A stretch of DNA of 63,450 nucleotides, filler included, from Octopus bimaculoides (Eukaryota): assembly GCF_001194135.2 (NCBI RefSeq). It is 8 parts of 7 records of this genome, joined end to end, with 100 filler letters (N's around TTAATTAATTAA, not from the genome) between each part and the next. Parts side by side here need not be neighbours in the genome. Positions count along the whole stretch, not along the records: positions 58,877 to 63,450 come from NC_068988.1; 7 more parts are not named here. One strand, written 5' to 3'. A program made the position numbers and the translations under genes. The notes under the pieces were generated by a model. It searched no databases and was not told where the DNA came from. It saw only the letters and a list, made by a program, of their open reading frames with translations. Shown in pieces: positions 63,273 through 63,450 of this stretch (its first letter is position 1; each line of letters begins with the position of its first letter).

Positions 63273-63450
63273 TGATATCCTGACACGAAAGGTTAGAGGT
63301 TAACTACATTTGAATGCAATTTCTACAGAAAGGATGGATGCTACACATTTTCACCTTTGACCTAATAACAGTTCTGATAATGTAGAGATAAAAAATTAAA
63401 ACAGGAGTTTATACATATAAGGTGTTAAAATAAGTGTTTATATTTATATA

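Overview
AT-rich eukaryotic draft-genome scaffold with many N gaps, most likely a coleoid cephalopod (Octopus-like), judged from an S-crystallin gene and the SINE/microsatellite landscape. Only five coding exons can be supported, all on the minus strand and from three different genes: two exons of an SLC17/ACS-family MFS transporter (60933-60729, 59818-59674), one isolated 5-oxoprolinase (OPLAH) exon (57467-57393), and the last two exons of an S-crystallin (48463-48356, 39583-39419). The three gene fragments are separated by artificial 100-bp joins (N44-TTAATTAATTAA-N44), so their adjacency may be an assembly effect. The rest is transposon debris and simple repeats: several tRNA-derived SINE families; RTE, R4/Dong-like, Tx1-like and Jockey/CR1-group LINE relics; a Penelope GIY-YIG relic; mariner and DD37D maT relics; and several MITE or fold-back elements. 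I found no intact TE, true tRNA/rRNA gene or CRISPR array, and no new biological system that can be claimed from sequence alone. The best leads are the orphan OPLAH exon and three-gene juxtaposition, a 41-nt templated insertion copied from a LINE into a nearby SINE, a 108-bp MITE with a perfect 9-bp TSD and telomere-repeat core, two long hairpins in the crystallin intron, an RTE LINE with three C-terminal C2H2 fingers, and a CpG-decay boundary near 50.7 kb. Family names come from motif recognition by eye, not database searches, and repeat boundaries are approximate.
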